This document shows, piece after piece, positions 1-8,365 of a stretch of 28,041 nucleotides of DNA. The DNA lies in the IMG/VR virus record IMGVR_UViG_3300010376_000105, positions 1 to 28,041 of that record; one strand, written 5' to 3'. The first letter of the stretch is position 1. Each line of letters starts with the position of its first letter. The position numbers and the translations under genes are program-made. Below the pieces are notes generated by a model. It ran no database searches. It saw only the letters and a program-made list of their open reading frames with translations, and was not told the DNA's origin. The DNA is from a virus (taxonomy: Duplodnaviria; Caudoviricetes).

Positions 1-1
1 G

Positions 2-2392
2 CTCGCTCCGCAGTCCGTCACCACGCCCATCCTGGCGGACAAGAACGTGACCACGGCGAAGATAGCCGATGCAGCCGTGACCAATCAGCAGCTCGGGCAG
101 TCGTGCGTGACGACCTGGAACATTGCGAACGGCGCTATTCAGACCATCGATATCGCGGACCGCGCCATCACGGAGCAGCAGCTTGCGCCCAATTCCGTCG
201 GCACGCCCGAGCTGATTACCGCCGCCGTCACGACCGCGAAGATTGCGAATCTCGCTATCACGAATGCGCTGGTCAATGACGTCGCGTGGTCGAAGATCAC
301 GGGAGCGCCGACCGCGCTCCCCCCGTCGGGCAATGCGTCCGGAGACCTGACCGGCACCTATCCAGGACCACAAATTGCCGCCAACGCCGTCACGACTGCG
401 AAGATTGCCGACGCCCAGGTGACAGACGCGAAAATCGTCTCTCTCGCGTGGGGGAAGCTGACGGGGACGCCGTCGAGCATTGCTCCGTCGGGACCGGCCA
501 CAGGAGACCTGACGGGCACCTATCCGGGACCACAAATCGCCGCTGGTGCCGTGTCGCAGACGAAGCTCGCCAATGCGTCCGTCGGCACCGCGCAGCTCAT
601 CGATGCGAACGTCACGGACGCGAAGATTGTCTCTCTCGCATACTCGAAACTGACGGGTGCCCCGGCGGGCTTGCCGCCGACGGGCACGGCGGGCGGATCG
701 CTCAGCGGGAGTTACCCTTCGCCTGTCATCGCGGCGGGTGCCGTGATGCGCTCCATGCTGGGCACAGACGTTGCGCCTGCCGTGCCCCCGGTTCCTGGCG
801 TCCCCAACGCCAACATGATCGTCGCAGTGAACGGCACGGGCAGCGGGCTCATCTATCAGGCCGCGCCCCCGGCGACGCTGACGCCCGGTCAGGTAACGAC
901 CCTCTACCTGAACGACGGTGCCGTCACGACGCCGAAGATTGCCGATGGGGCAGTCACCACGCCGAAGATCGCGGACGCGAATGTGACCCGCGCGAAATGC
1001 GCGACCGATTGCTGGTTGCCGCCCATCCCGAGCGCGCCCGCCGATATCGGCAAGTCGCTCGTGGTGCAGGCAGGCCCAACGCTCTCCTGGGTGACGCCCG
1101 CCGCCGCGACCACAATCAGTCCGACCGCACCCGTCGCGCCGAAGGTCGGACAATTGTGGTGGCGGAACGACCCCGACGGAAACCTCTTCATTTTCTACGA
1201 TGACGGGAATTCGCAGCAATTTGTCCCCGCCGTCCCGTCGAATAGCTATCCGTCGGGACCAGCGGGTGGCGACCTTCAGGGCAATTATCCTTCACCTTTA
1301 CTGTCCACAGGCATCTCGCAACGGATTCCGGGCTACAGCCAGGACCCTCAAGACACCGGCAAGGCGTGGATCGCGCAATCGACGGGTTTAGGTGCGTGGA
1401 CCCGGCTACCGTGGTCTGCCTCGCAAGTGACGGGCGGGACGCTCACGCCGACCGATGCGACAAAGCGCGTCGTGATTCCCGGTCCCGGCACCGCGACAGG
1501 TGTTGACCAATCGTCACTTCTGCTCGGGTCGCGCGCTGCGAAGATGCGTCTAGAGCCGATTCCGGGATTGGATTACCACGCACTCACTGCCAACTGCTAC
1601 TGGAACGGGACTGCTTGGACGCAGGAATCGGCATCGCTGGCAAGCTGGTTCATTGCGATGGACCTTACCAATGACGCTATCCAGTACCAGCGTATGCCGG
1701 TGGGGGGTGCGGCGGGCTCAAACGCTGCTCTCTTCCAAATGTTTGGCACCGGGCAACTGCGGATCACGAATCCGAACACGTCTGCGTCTGACCGTTTCGC
1801 CATCCAGACCGGCAACGATTCGACCAAGTTTCACTGCGGGAGTCTGAACGGTGCGCTTGGCTGGGGCGGCATGTCGATTAACTCGACGTGGAATGGGACG
1901 TCATGGGGTGCGGACGATAGCACGCGACCGCAGTGGCGCGTCGTCATGCAGTGCGCGGGTGGCAACGACTATGTTGGCTTTGAGCGGGGTGCGGCGACCA
2001 CGATGGCGCAGACGACTCCGCTATTCCTTGACGCCAGCGGCAACCTGACGATTCTCGGTCCGACTGCGATTAAGAACACCGGAACGACCTGGGCGAATCC
2101 GTCCGACCCGAGACTCAAGACGGATATGGGTCCGTACCCCAAGGGACTCGCGGAAATCGTCCAGCTCGAACCCATTACCTACCATCTGAAATCGGACCCC
2201 GACGGACCGCTCTGTTACGGCTTCGATGCGAGCCAGGTACAGCCCATCTTTCCGGAGTGTGTCACGGAAACCAGCATGAAGCTGGACACCGCAGACACGC
2301 AACCGACCGACGGTGTCCTGTCGCTCGATATCCACCCGATTCTAATAGCGCTGGTTAATGCCGTGAAAGACCTAGCGGCAAAGGTCGGGTAA
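2..2392 (+). CDS. Tail fibre protein with C-terminal intramolecular chaperone (Peptidase S74 / endosialidase-chaperone type); 5'-truncated
   Basis: Frame is open from base 2 (LAPQSVTTPILADKNVTTAK...); many VTTAKIAD and G(D/S)LxGxYPxP repeats; C-terminal 'SDPRLKTD...L.PITY...GF.A.QV..IFPE.V...LVNAVKDL' chaperone signature. Confidence 0.9.
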   Translation, partial: LAPQSVTTPILADKNVTTAKIADAAVTNQQLGQSCVTTWNIANGAIQTIDIADRAITEQQLAPNSVGTPELITAAVTTAKIANLAITNALVNDVAWSKITGAPTALPPSGNASGDLTGTYPGPQIAANAVTTAKIADAQVTDAKIVSLAWGKLTGTPSSIAPSGPATGDLTGTYPGPQIAAGAVSQTKLANASVGTAQLIDANVTDAKIVSLAYSKLTGAPAGLPPTGTAGGSLSGSYPSPVIAAGAVMRSMLGTDVAPAVPPVPGVPNANMIVAVNGTGSGLIYQAAPPATLTPGQVTTLYLNDGAVTTPKIADGAVTTPKIADANVTRAKCATDCWLPPIPSAPADIGKSLVVQAGPTLSWVTPAAATTISPTAPVAPKVGQLWWRNDPDGNLFIFYDDGNSQQFVPAVPSNSYPSGPAGGDLQGNYPSPLLSTGISQRIPGYSQDPQDTGKAWIAQSTGLGAWTRLPWSASQVTGGTLTPTDATKRVVIPGPGTATGVDQSSLLLGSRAAKMRLEPIPGLDYHALTANCYWNGTAWTQESASLASWFIAMDLTNDAIQYQRMPVGGAAGSNAALFQMFGTGQLRITNPNTSASDRFAIQTGNDSTKFHCGSLNGALGWGGMSINSTWNGTSWGADDSTRPQWRVVMQCAGGNDYVGFERGAATTMAQTTPLFLDASGNLTILGPTAIKNTGTTWANPSDPRLKTDMGPYPKGLAEIVQLEPITYHLKSDPDGPLCYGFDASQVQPIFPECVTETSMKLDTADTQPTDGVLSLDIHPILIALVNAVKDLAAKVG
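280..750 (+). repeat. Three imperfect tandem repeats inside the fibre gene (S-L/V-A-W/Y-x-K-L/I-TG-x-P...GxLxGxYPxPxIAA)
   Basis: Near-identical DNA copies ggagacctgaccggcacctatccaggaccacaaat (341) and ggagacctgacgggcacctatccgggaccacaaat (503), plus a third diverged copy near 690-745. Confidence 0.8.
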
Positions 2393-3138
2393 TGGCTGCG
2401 CTCGATTTTCCCGCATCGCCCACCGTCGGACAGCAGTACGCGGCGCCGAACGGTTCCCTGTACTCCTGGGACGGCGCAACGTGGGTCACGACCGCGATGG
2501 GACAAGCGGTCTACATCGGCGCGAATGCGCCGCCCAGTCCGCCGACTGGGGAAATGTGGTGGCGCTCCGACCCGGATCAAAACCTCTTCATTTACTTTGA
2601 CGACGGCAACAGCAAGCAGTGGGTCTCTGCGGTGCCGTCCACGTCGCGGCCCACGGGACCGGCGGGCGGGTCGCTCGCGGGAACCTACCCGAATCCGACG
2701 CTAGCGGTTGGGTTGCAGACGTACATGGTGGCGTCGAGGGATGCGACACAATCCATTCCTAATAACACGAATACGCTCGTCACGTTCGATAATATCCGTA
2801 ACAATTTTGGTGGTATCGCTCCTGCTGCACCAACGTCTGTGTTTACGATTCAGCAATCGGGACTCTATGCGTTTACGGCCACGGCAAGTTGGGCCATGTC
2901 AACGGCTGGCAGCATACGTCGTCTGGTCATTTTTCGCTCTAGTTCTGCGTTTGGCGTGGCGATGGCAGATGGCGCTGCAAGCATAGGAGTGGCTGCGGTT
3001 TCGTGTGCGGGGATTTACCCTGCCAATGCGGGAGATACGTTTGGGGTGCAGGTGTACCAGGATACGGCAGCGGCACTAAATCTTGCGGCGCAATGGAACG
3101 TCGGAGCAGTGCAGTTCACTATTGCGAGGGTTTCATAA
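2392..3138 (+). CDS. Secondary receptor-binding/fibre protein with C-terminal C1q/TNF-like beta-sandwich
   Basis: TAATG coupling to the fibre gene; N-terminal DFPASPTVGQ..Y.WDG..W module; C-terminal 'QSIPNNT.T.VTFD...FTIQQSGLY...AGDTF.VQVYQ' typical of C1q-like phage tip domains. Confidence 0.7.
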   Translation: MAALDFPASPTVGQQYAAPNGSLYSWDGATWVTTAMGQAVYIGANAPPSPPTGEMWWRSDPDQNLFIYFDDGNSKQWVSAVPSTSRPTGPAGGSLAGTYPNPTLAVGLQTYMVASRDATQSIPNNTNTLVTFDNIRNNFGGIAPAAPTSVFTIQQSGLYAFTATASWAMSTAGSIRRLVIFRSSSAFGVAMADGAASIGVAAVSCAGIYPANAGDTFGVQVYQDTAAALNLAAQWNVGAVQFTIARVS

Positions 3139-3989
3139 TGGCCGCGCCCGATTTCCCCGCATCTCCGACCGTCGGTCAGACCTACACCGCTCCGAGCGGC
3201 ATCGTCTACACATGGGACGGGAAGGTCTGGACCACCACCAGCACGCCACAGAATGCGTACTGGACGGATACGGGCACCGCGCTGACGCCGACGGATGGGA
3301 CCAAAAATCTCAGCGTCCCGTCGGGCGTGCTCTATCAGGGTTTCGGCTCGCGGGCGGTTGCCGTTGCGAACCTCTACCAGAATTCCGTCAACGAAGTGGG
3401 AGTGCCGGGGCAAGATACGACTAGGCCGGCGTGGCGATGGAATGGCAACGCGACCGCTGGACAAGATAATTTCGCGGTGGCACGTGCGCCCGCGAATACG
3501 ACGGGCTTTGTCCAATTGTTTCAGCTCGACAACGCGGGCAACGCCGCGATTCCCGGCACGCTGACGCAGAATACCGTGGGCGCGCAGATGACTCGCACCA
3601 CCGACCTGATTCTCACTACTGGCGCGGTAGCGAGCGTTCCTTTCGATACGGCAGTAATCAATCGCGGTAGCTGCTGGGTCGCTGGAACGCCGGTACAATT
3701 CAACCTGACGATACCAGGGGCTTATATCGTCGCGGGCATGTTCACATTCTCTAACACAAACACGACTGGCTCGCGCCTGGTGAGCATCGTGAATAAGGCT
3801 GGGACCACCCTCGCGCGGCACGATATTGCGCCAGCACTAGTTGCGTGGATGTGCGCGGTGGTAACGTGCATGTACGTGTCTACCGATCCAACGGACTACA
3901 TAGGATTTCAGGCGATGCAATCCTCCGGTGGCAACCTGAACCTCGTTGCGAGCCAAGTTCGCGCGTTCGTCTGGCGATTGGGGAACTGA
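3138..3989 (+). CDS. Third receptor-binding/fibre protein (283 aa), C-terminal C1q-like domain
   Basis: Start re-called to ATG 3138 (TAATG coupling); N-terminus MAAPDFPASPTVGQTYTAPSG is paralogous to the upstream gene; C-terminal 'VPFDT...IPGAYIV...DYI.FQA.QSSGGNLN'. Confidence 0.7.
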   Translation: MAAPDFPASPTVGQTYTAPSGIVYTWDGKVWTTTSTPQNAYWTDTGTALTPTDGTKNLSVPSGVLYQGFGSRAVAVANLYQNSVNEVGVPGQDTTRPAWRWNGNATAGQDNFAVARAPANTTGFVQLFQLDNAGNAAIPGTLTQNTVGAQMTRTTDLILTTGAVASVPFDTAVINRGSCWVAGTPVQFNLTIPGAYIVAGMFTFSNTNTTGSRLVSIVNKAGTTLARHDIAPALVAWMCAVVTCMYVSTDPTDYIGFQAMQSSGGNLNLVASQVRAFVWRLGN

Positions 3990-4276
3990 TGACGCTCGCG
4001 GAACGCCGCACGGACATGCTCGGTACCCTGCAGAAGCTGCAGGACACACGGGCCAAATATCAGACTGCCGTCGTCCAGCTCACCACGTCAATCGACCAAC
4101 TGACGGGTGCCATCCAGATGCTGGACCAACTGATTGCGGAAGAGGGGAGCGGCGATGCCATCGGTCAGCAAGGCACAGCAGCATTACATGGGGATGAAGT
4201 ACGCGCAGGCGCAGAAGTCGAAGAGCGGCAAGGCCCGAATGGACGGCAGCACGATGACAGCGGGACAGCTCCGTGA
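3989..4276 (+). CDS. Small coiled-coil protein (95 aa), possibly fibre assembly related
   Basis: TGATG coupling at 3989; heptad pattern LQKLQDTRAKYQTAVVQLTTSIDQLTGAIQMLDQLI; 3' end overlaps the next gene by 122 nt. Confidence 0.6.
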   Translation: MTLAERRTDMLGTLQKLQDTRAKYQTAVVQLTTSIDQLTGAIQMLDQLIAEEGSGDAIGQQGTAALHGDEVRAGAEVEERQGPNGRQHDDSGTAP

Positions 4277-4331
4277 CTTCGCCGCGACCAAGACGAGCAA
4301 ACTGCCGGGGCATGTGAGGAAAAAGCGCTAG
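4155..4331 (+). CDS. Small basic DUF3008-like protein (58 aa)
   Basis: SD-like aggggag upstream of ATG 4155; MPSVSKAQQ...MTAGQLRDFAATKTSKLPGHV resembles the DUF3008 pattern MPAKSKAQQ...M(S/T)EK.L..FASTK...P.HV (from memory); stop abuts the terL start. Confidence 0.6.
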   Translation: MPSVSKAQQHYMGMKYAQAQKSKSGKARMDGSTMTAGQLRDFAATKTSKLPGHVRKKR

Positions 4332-5759
4332 ATGCCAGCGGCAACATCCGTCGATACCTACCAGCCGTCCGACGTCCAGAATCGGTTTCACGGGGACGGG
4401 TCGAAATTCCGTCTCCTGCTCGGGGCGTGGCGCGCGGGGAAGTCCGTGGCGATGATATGGGAGTGCATCCTGCTCGGACTGGAACATCCGGGCGCCCGCT
4501 TCGTCATCTTCCGGAAAACGTATCCCGCGCTCCGGGACACGACCTGGCGGGATTTCCTGCTCGAATGTCCGCCGCAGCTCATCGATGGCGAACCCCGCCG
4601 CACGGAAGGGCGGGAGGAAGTCACCTTGCAGGGCGGGACGCTCGTCATGGCGCGCTGCCTCGATGACTGGCGGAAGCTCGGCTCATCCTCATTCGATGGC
4701 GTGTTTGGAGATGAGGCTTACGAATTCACGACCGAAGATCACACGATGCTCAGCAAGGGGCGGCTCTCCGGGAAGGTCGGGCCGCGCCGGCTCGTGTACG
4801 CGACCAATCCGCCGAACCGGGATCACTGGCTCTACAAGACGTTCGTCTTGGAGAAACAGCCGAATATGTCCGTCCACCACTTCGCCACGCTGGACAACTG
4901 GTCCCGCTGCTACAAGCGGCATCCGGGCGTCGCGGAAGAGGATGCGGACGAAGAGACCCAGGACGTCCCCGTCTGCCAGCGGCACGTGGACAAGCTCCTG
5001 CATGACGGGTCGGTCGGGCATTACAATATCTCGGACGATTACATCGCGGAGCTGCAGAAGATGCCCGAGAACCGGCGGCGCCGGTTCCTCGATGGGCAAT
5101 GGGGCTTCACGGCTACCGGCACGCCCGTCTTTCCGGAATTCTCGGAGACGCGGCACGTCACGGTCCTGCAGCCCGAGCGCGGCGTTACTCTCATTCGCGG
5201 CTGGGACTTTGGGTATCGGCACCCGGCATGCGTCTTTGTCCAGGTGCTGCCCACCGGGCACGTCCACGTGCTCGATGAGCTGCTCGGCACGAATGAGGAT
5301 ATCGAGATGTTTTCGCGCCGGGTGAAACAGCGCACGGTGGAGCGCTTTGGCGACCTGGCAGTGCAGGACTATTGCGATGCGGCCGGCGTGCAGAAGAATG
5401 ACATGGGCTTTTCCTGTGTCCAGATTCTGCGCCGGGGCGGCATCGTGCCGCGCTTCCGCAAGCTCAAAATCTGGCCCACCATCGAAGCGCTGCGCGACCT
5501 GATAGCCCGGACCTATCTCGGCGTCCCGCTGCTCCGCGTCCATGCCGAATGCACGTGGGTCCGGGAAGCGCTGACGGGCGGCTATCGGCTGCACGTCGGC
5601 GTGGACGGCGTCGAGACCCCGAAAAAGGACGGGCTCTATGACCATGCCGTGGACGCGCTCCGCTATGCGCTGGCGGACATTCTGCATCCCGTGGCGAGTG
5701 CGGTGGAGAAAGATCGGGCGTTAATGCGGCCGATAGAGGGGCAGCGGGTGGATGTATGA
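4332..5759 (+). CDS. terL: Terminase large subunit
   Basis: Walker A GAWRAGKS, Walker B GVFGDEAYE, coupling motif ATNP, nuclease motifs RGWDFG and DHAVDALRY. Confidence 0.95.
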   Translation: MPAATSVDTYQPSDVQNRFHGDGSKFRLLLGAWRAGKSVAMIWECILLGLEHPGARFVIFRKTYPALRDTTWRDFLLECPPQLIDGEPRRTEGREEVTLQGGTLVMARCLDDWRKLGSSSFDGVFGDEAYEFTTEDHTMLSKGRLSGKVGPRRLVYATNPPNRDHWLYKTFVLEKQPNMSVHHFATLDNWSRCYKRHPGVAEEDADEETQDVPVCQRHVDKLLHDGSVGHYNISDDYIAELQKMPENRRRRFLDGQWGFTATGTPVFPEFSETRHVTVLQPERGVTLIRGWDFGYRHPACVFVQVLPTGHVHVLDELLGTNEDIEMFSRRVKQRTVERFGDLAVQDYCDAAGVQKNDMGFSCVQILRRGGIVPRFRKLKIWPTIEALRDLIARTYLGVPLLRVHAECTWVREALTGGYRLHVGVDGVETPKKDGLYDHAVDALRYALADILHPVASAVEKDRALMRPIEGQRVDV

Positions 5760-7750
5760 TGGACCCGAAGGTAGCGGACCAACTATCCCAGGAGTCCAGC
5801 CCGCTCTCTGACCGGCTCTGCGCCGCAATCCGGAACCGCGTCCGCGCATCCGAACAACGCTGGGGCGGACGTCACCAGCGCTGGCGGGAGTCCGAGCGGC
5901 TCTATCGGTCGTTCCGGTACGCGGACCAGGACGATAAGCAGACGCGCTCCCGGTCGCTCACGGAAGGCGTCCAGAAAATCGTTGTCCCGTACACCTACGC
6001 CCAAATCCAATCGATCCTGGCGTTTCTGGTCACGGTGTTTACGGACCGGAAGCCGATTTTCCCCGTCGAGCCGGTGGGGGACTACGTCAAGGCTGCGATG
6101 CTCCACGAGCATCTCCTAGAATACCAGATGGACCGCATGCGTCCGCGTGGCCTGCTCATCCTCATTCAGTGGATGTTTGACGCGCTCCGCTACGACTGGG
6201 GGGTCATAAAGAACGTCTGGACCATCCGCGAGTGGCCGCAGCTCGTCCGCACCTTCGCCCCGGACCTATTCGGGACGCCCGGCGCCCCGCCCGACGATTA
6301 TCTCTCCGAGCAGGACGTTGTCTCCTACGAAGGCAACGAAGCCATGAACGTCTCGCCGTTCGATTTCTTCCCCGACCCGCACCGCTCGCTCGCGGACTTC
6401 CAGCGTGGGGAATTCGTCGCGCACCGGATGCGCCGGTCCCCGACGGAGCTGGAAATCAAAGAGGCAGAAGGGATGTATGCGGGCATCGAGTTTATCCCGT
6501 ATCGTCCCGGCGGCTACGGCTATCCCGACGTGACGTCCTACGCGGGCGGACGCTCGGCGCTCGGGGAGACGGTCAATCTGTCGCAGGAATGGACGCGCGG
6601 CCGGATCGACCAGTGGGACAAGGGGTATGTGAACATCCATGAAATGTGGTGGTTTTGTAAGCCGAATGAGCTGGGACTGCCCACCACGCGGACGAATAAC
6701 CTGCCGTCACTCTGGGTTTTCACGATGGCAAACGCGGCGCGCATCATCCGCGCAGAAGCCGCGAACCTCCCCGGACGGCGCTTCCCCTTCGCCGGCATCC
6801 AAATCAATTACGACGTTCACGCCCCGGCCACGCCATCGATGGTGGAGACGGTGTCGGGCCTGCAGTATCATCTTAGCTGGCTCTTCAACAGCCGCATGGC
6901 GGCGGTCCGCAAGACTCTCAATAACGAAGTCATCGTGGACCCGTCGCTGCTCGAAACGGTGGACTGGTCGAATCCGAACCCGTCGGGAATCTGGCGAATC
7001 AATAAAGAGCACTACACGACCGGCGCCACGAAAGACGCCGTGTTCCCGCTCCCGGTCCAGGACACGACGCAAGGGCATCTGAACGACGCCGAAACGGTAA
7101 TGAACCTCATGGAGACGGTCTCGGGCGCGAACCGACTCCTGCAGGGTCTGGGCAACACGGGCCGGCGTCCCGCGACCGAAGTGCAGGCGCAAATGTCGCT
7201 CGCGTCCGGGCGCATGAAGCTCATAGGCGTGACCTGTGCCGCACAGGGCATGACCGAATGGGCGGAAATGATGCTCGAAAATACCAAGATGTTTCTCTCG
7301 CAGCGGCTGCAGGTTCCGACGCTCGACGTCTACCGGAAGATGCTGCAAGAGCCCATGCTGAATATCGGTCCCGAGCTGCTCCAAGGGGAGTTTCGTATCC
7401 CGATGCTAGAGCAGGGAATCCCGACCGATAAGAGCATGTGGGTCAACACGCTGCGGGAAGTCCTGCAAATGTGCATGCAGAATCCGCAGATGGTCACGAC
7501 CGGCGGCGCACAAATCAACGTGCTGGAAGTGTTTACCGAGCTGCTCCGGATCACGGGCATTCGGAACCTGCAGGATTTCGTCCAGGTCCAGGTCATGCCC
7601 GACCAGATGGCGCAGCAGCAGATGCAGCAAGGGAACATCGTCCCGAACGGTGGGCCGGGTGGACCGTCTGCGCCCCCGCCGGCTCAGGGCTCGGATGGCT
7701 TCCCCGTCGGCGCCAATCCGAATGGGGCGATGGGTGGGGCAGCTCCGTGA
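5756..7750 (+). CDS. Portal protein (podovirus type)
   Basis: 664 aa directly after terL; VSPFDFFPDP motif, ATEV motif, Q/G/P-rich C-terminal tail. Confidence 0.85.
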   Translation: MMDPKVADQLSQESSPLSDRLCAAIRNRVRASEQRWGGRHQRWRESERLYRSFRYADQDDKQTRSRSLTEGVQKIVVPYTYAQIQSILAFLVTVFTDRKPIFPVEPVGDYVKAAMLHEHLLEYQMDRMRPRGLLILIQWMFDALRYDWGVIKNVWTIREWPQLVRTFAPDLFGTPGAPPDDYLSEQDVVSYEGNEAMNVSPFDFFPDPHRSLADFQRGEFVAHRMRRSPTELEIKEAEGMYAGIEFIPYRPGGYGYPDVTSYAGGRSALGETVNLSQEWTRGRIDQWDKGYVNIHEMWWFCKPNELGLPTTRTNNLPSLWVFTMANAARIIRAEAANLPGRRFPFAGIQINYDVHAPATPSMVETVSGLQYHLSWLFNSRMAAVRKTLNNEVIVDPSLLETVDWSNPNPSGIWRINKEHYTTGATKDAVFPLPVQDTTQGHLNDAETVMNLMETVSGANRLLQGLGNTGRRPATEVQAQMSLASGRMKLIGVTCAAQGMTEWAEMMLENTKMFLSQRLQVPTLDVYRKMLQEPMLNIGPELLQGEFRIPMLEQGIPTDKSMWVNTLREVLQMCMQNPQMVTTGGAQINVLEVFTELLRITGIRNLQDFVQVQVMPDQMAQQQMQQGNIVPNGGPGGPSAPPPAQGSDGFPVGANPNGAMGGAAP

Positions 7751-8034
7751 CCACGACCAAGAACGTCGGGGAAGTGGCTTTCCTGCTCGGCGTCCCCCGG
7801 CGTCGGGTGCAGTGGTGGATTGAGTGCGGCTGGCTGCAGGTCGAACCGCGTCCGAATGGTCGGGGCTACTACTTCCGGGTCTCCCAGGACGAGATTGACG
7901 TGGCGCGGCGAGCCGTGAAGCACCAGCGGGATTTCGGGGTGCAGGCGTCGGGCGGGCTCTTCGCCCGGATGCGAGAACGCGATGGCAGGCGTCAGCCGGC
8001 GAGCATTGGTCAAGATACAGCGGCGAGTGCCTGA
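7747..8034 (+). CDS. MerR/Xis-like helix-turn-helix DNA-binding protein (95 aa)
   Basis: GTG start overlapping the portal stop (GTGA); 'NVGEVAFLLGVPRRRVQWWIECGWL..EPRPNGRGYYFRVSQDEI' fits the MerR/HTH_17 winged-helix pattern. Confidence 0.7.
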   Translation: MTTTKNVGEVAFLLGVPRRRVQWWIECGWLQVEPRPNGRGYYFRVSQDEIDVARRAVKHQRDFGVQASGGLFARMRERDGRRQPASIGQDTAASA

Positions 8035-8296
8035 CGATCAGGCCCGCCGCATCTTCCAGCATCTGAATGCGGAAGGGTCGCTCCCGATTATCCTGGACGT
8101 GCTCCGGGACCATCGGGACACCCTGGTCGCGCGTATCGAGCGCGCATACATCCACCACCTTGCCGTGACCGAAGAGCAAAAGGCGGCGCTCTGGGCACGG
8201 CACGGCGCCGCGTCCGAAGTGGACCGGGTGATTGCCACGTTCGAAGCGCTGGGCTCGGCGGTCGGACAGGGGACGGGGACCGCACGTAACAGTTAG
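7982..8296 (+). CDS. Small helical protein between portal and scaffold
   Basis: 104 aa ORF in the position where podoviruses often carry a small conserved gene; amphipathic helices. Confidence 0.6.
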   Translation: MAGVSRRALVKIQRRVPDDQARRIFQHLNAEGSLPIILDVLRDHRDTLVARIERAYIHHLAVTEEQKAALWARHGAASEVDRVIATFEALGSAVGQGTGTARNS

Positions 8297-8330
8297 GGTG
8301 AGGAACCAGTTTCCTGTTTCTATATTTTGC

Positions 8331-8365
8331 TTGCGTAGTACCCGTGTGCGCGCTACACGCGCACT
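8331..8365 (+). promoter_or_regulatory. Putative leaderless sigma70-type promoter for the head genes, with an overlapping palindrome
   Basis: TTGCGT(8331-8336)-17 bp-TACACG(8354-8359)-6 nt-ATG; T-rich tract upstream; no SD; inverted repeat gtgcgcg/cgcgcac at 8346-8364. Confidence 0.5.

Noticed and set aside
2-3989. Diversity-generating retroelement acting on the fibre tips
   Set aside because: No reverse transcriptase in the window and no TR/VR pair differing only at adenines; repeats differ mostly at synonymous positions
4899-5027. Mini-intein in TerL
   Set aside because: Too short, no intein block A/B motifs, and ends HYN-I rather than HN-C/S/T
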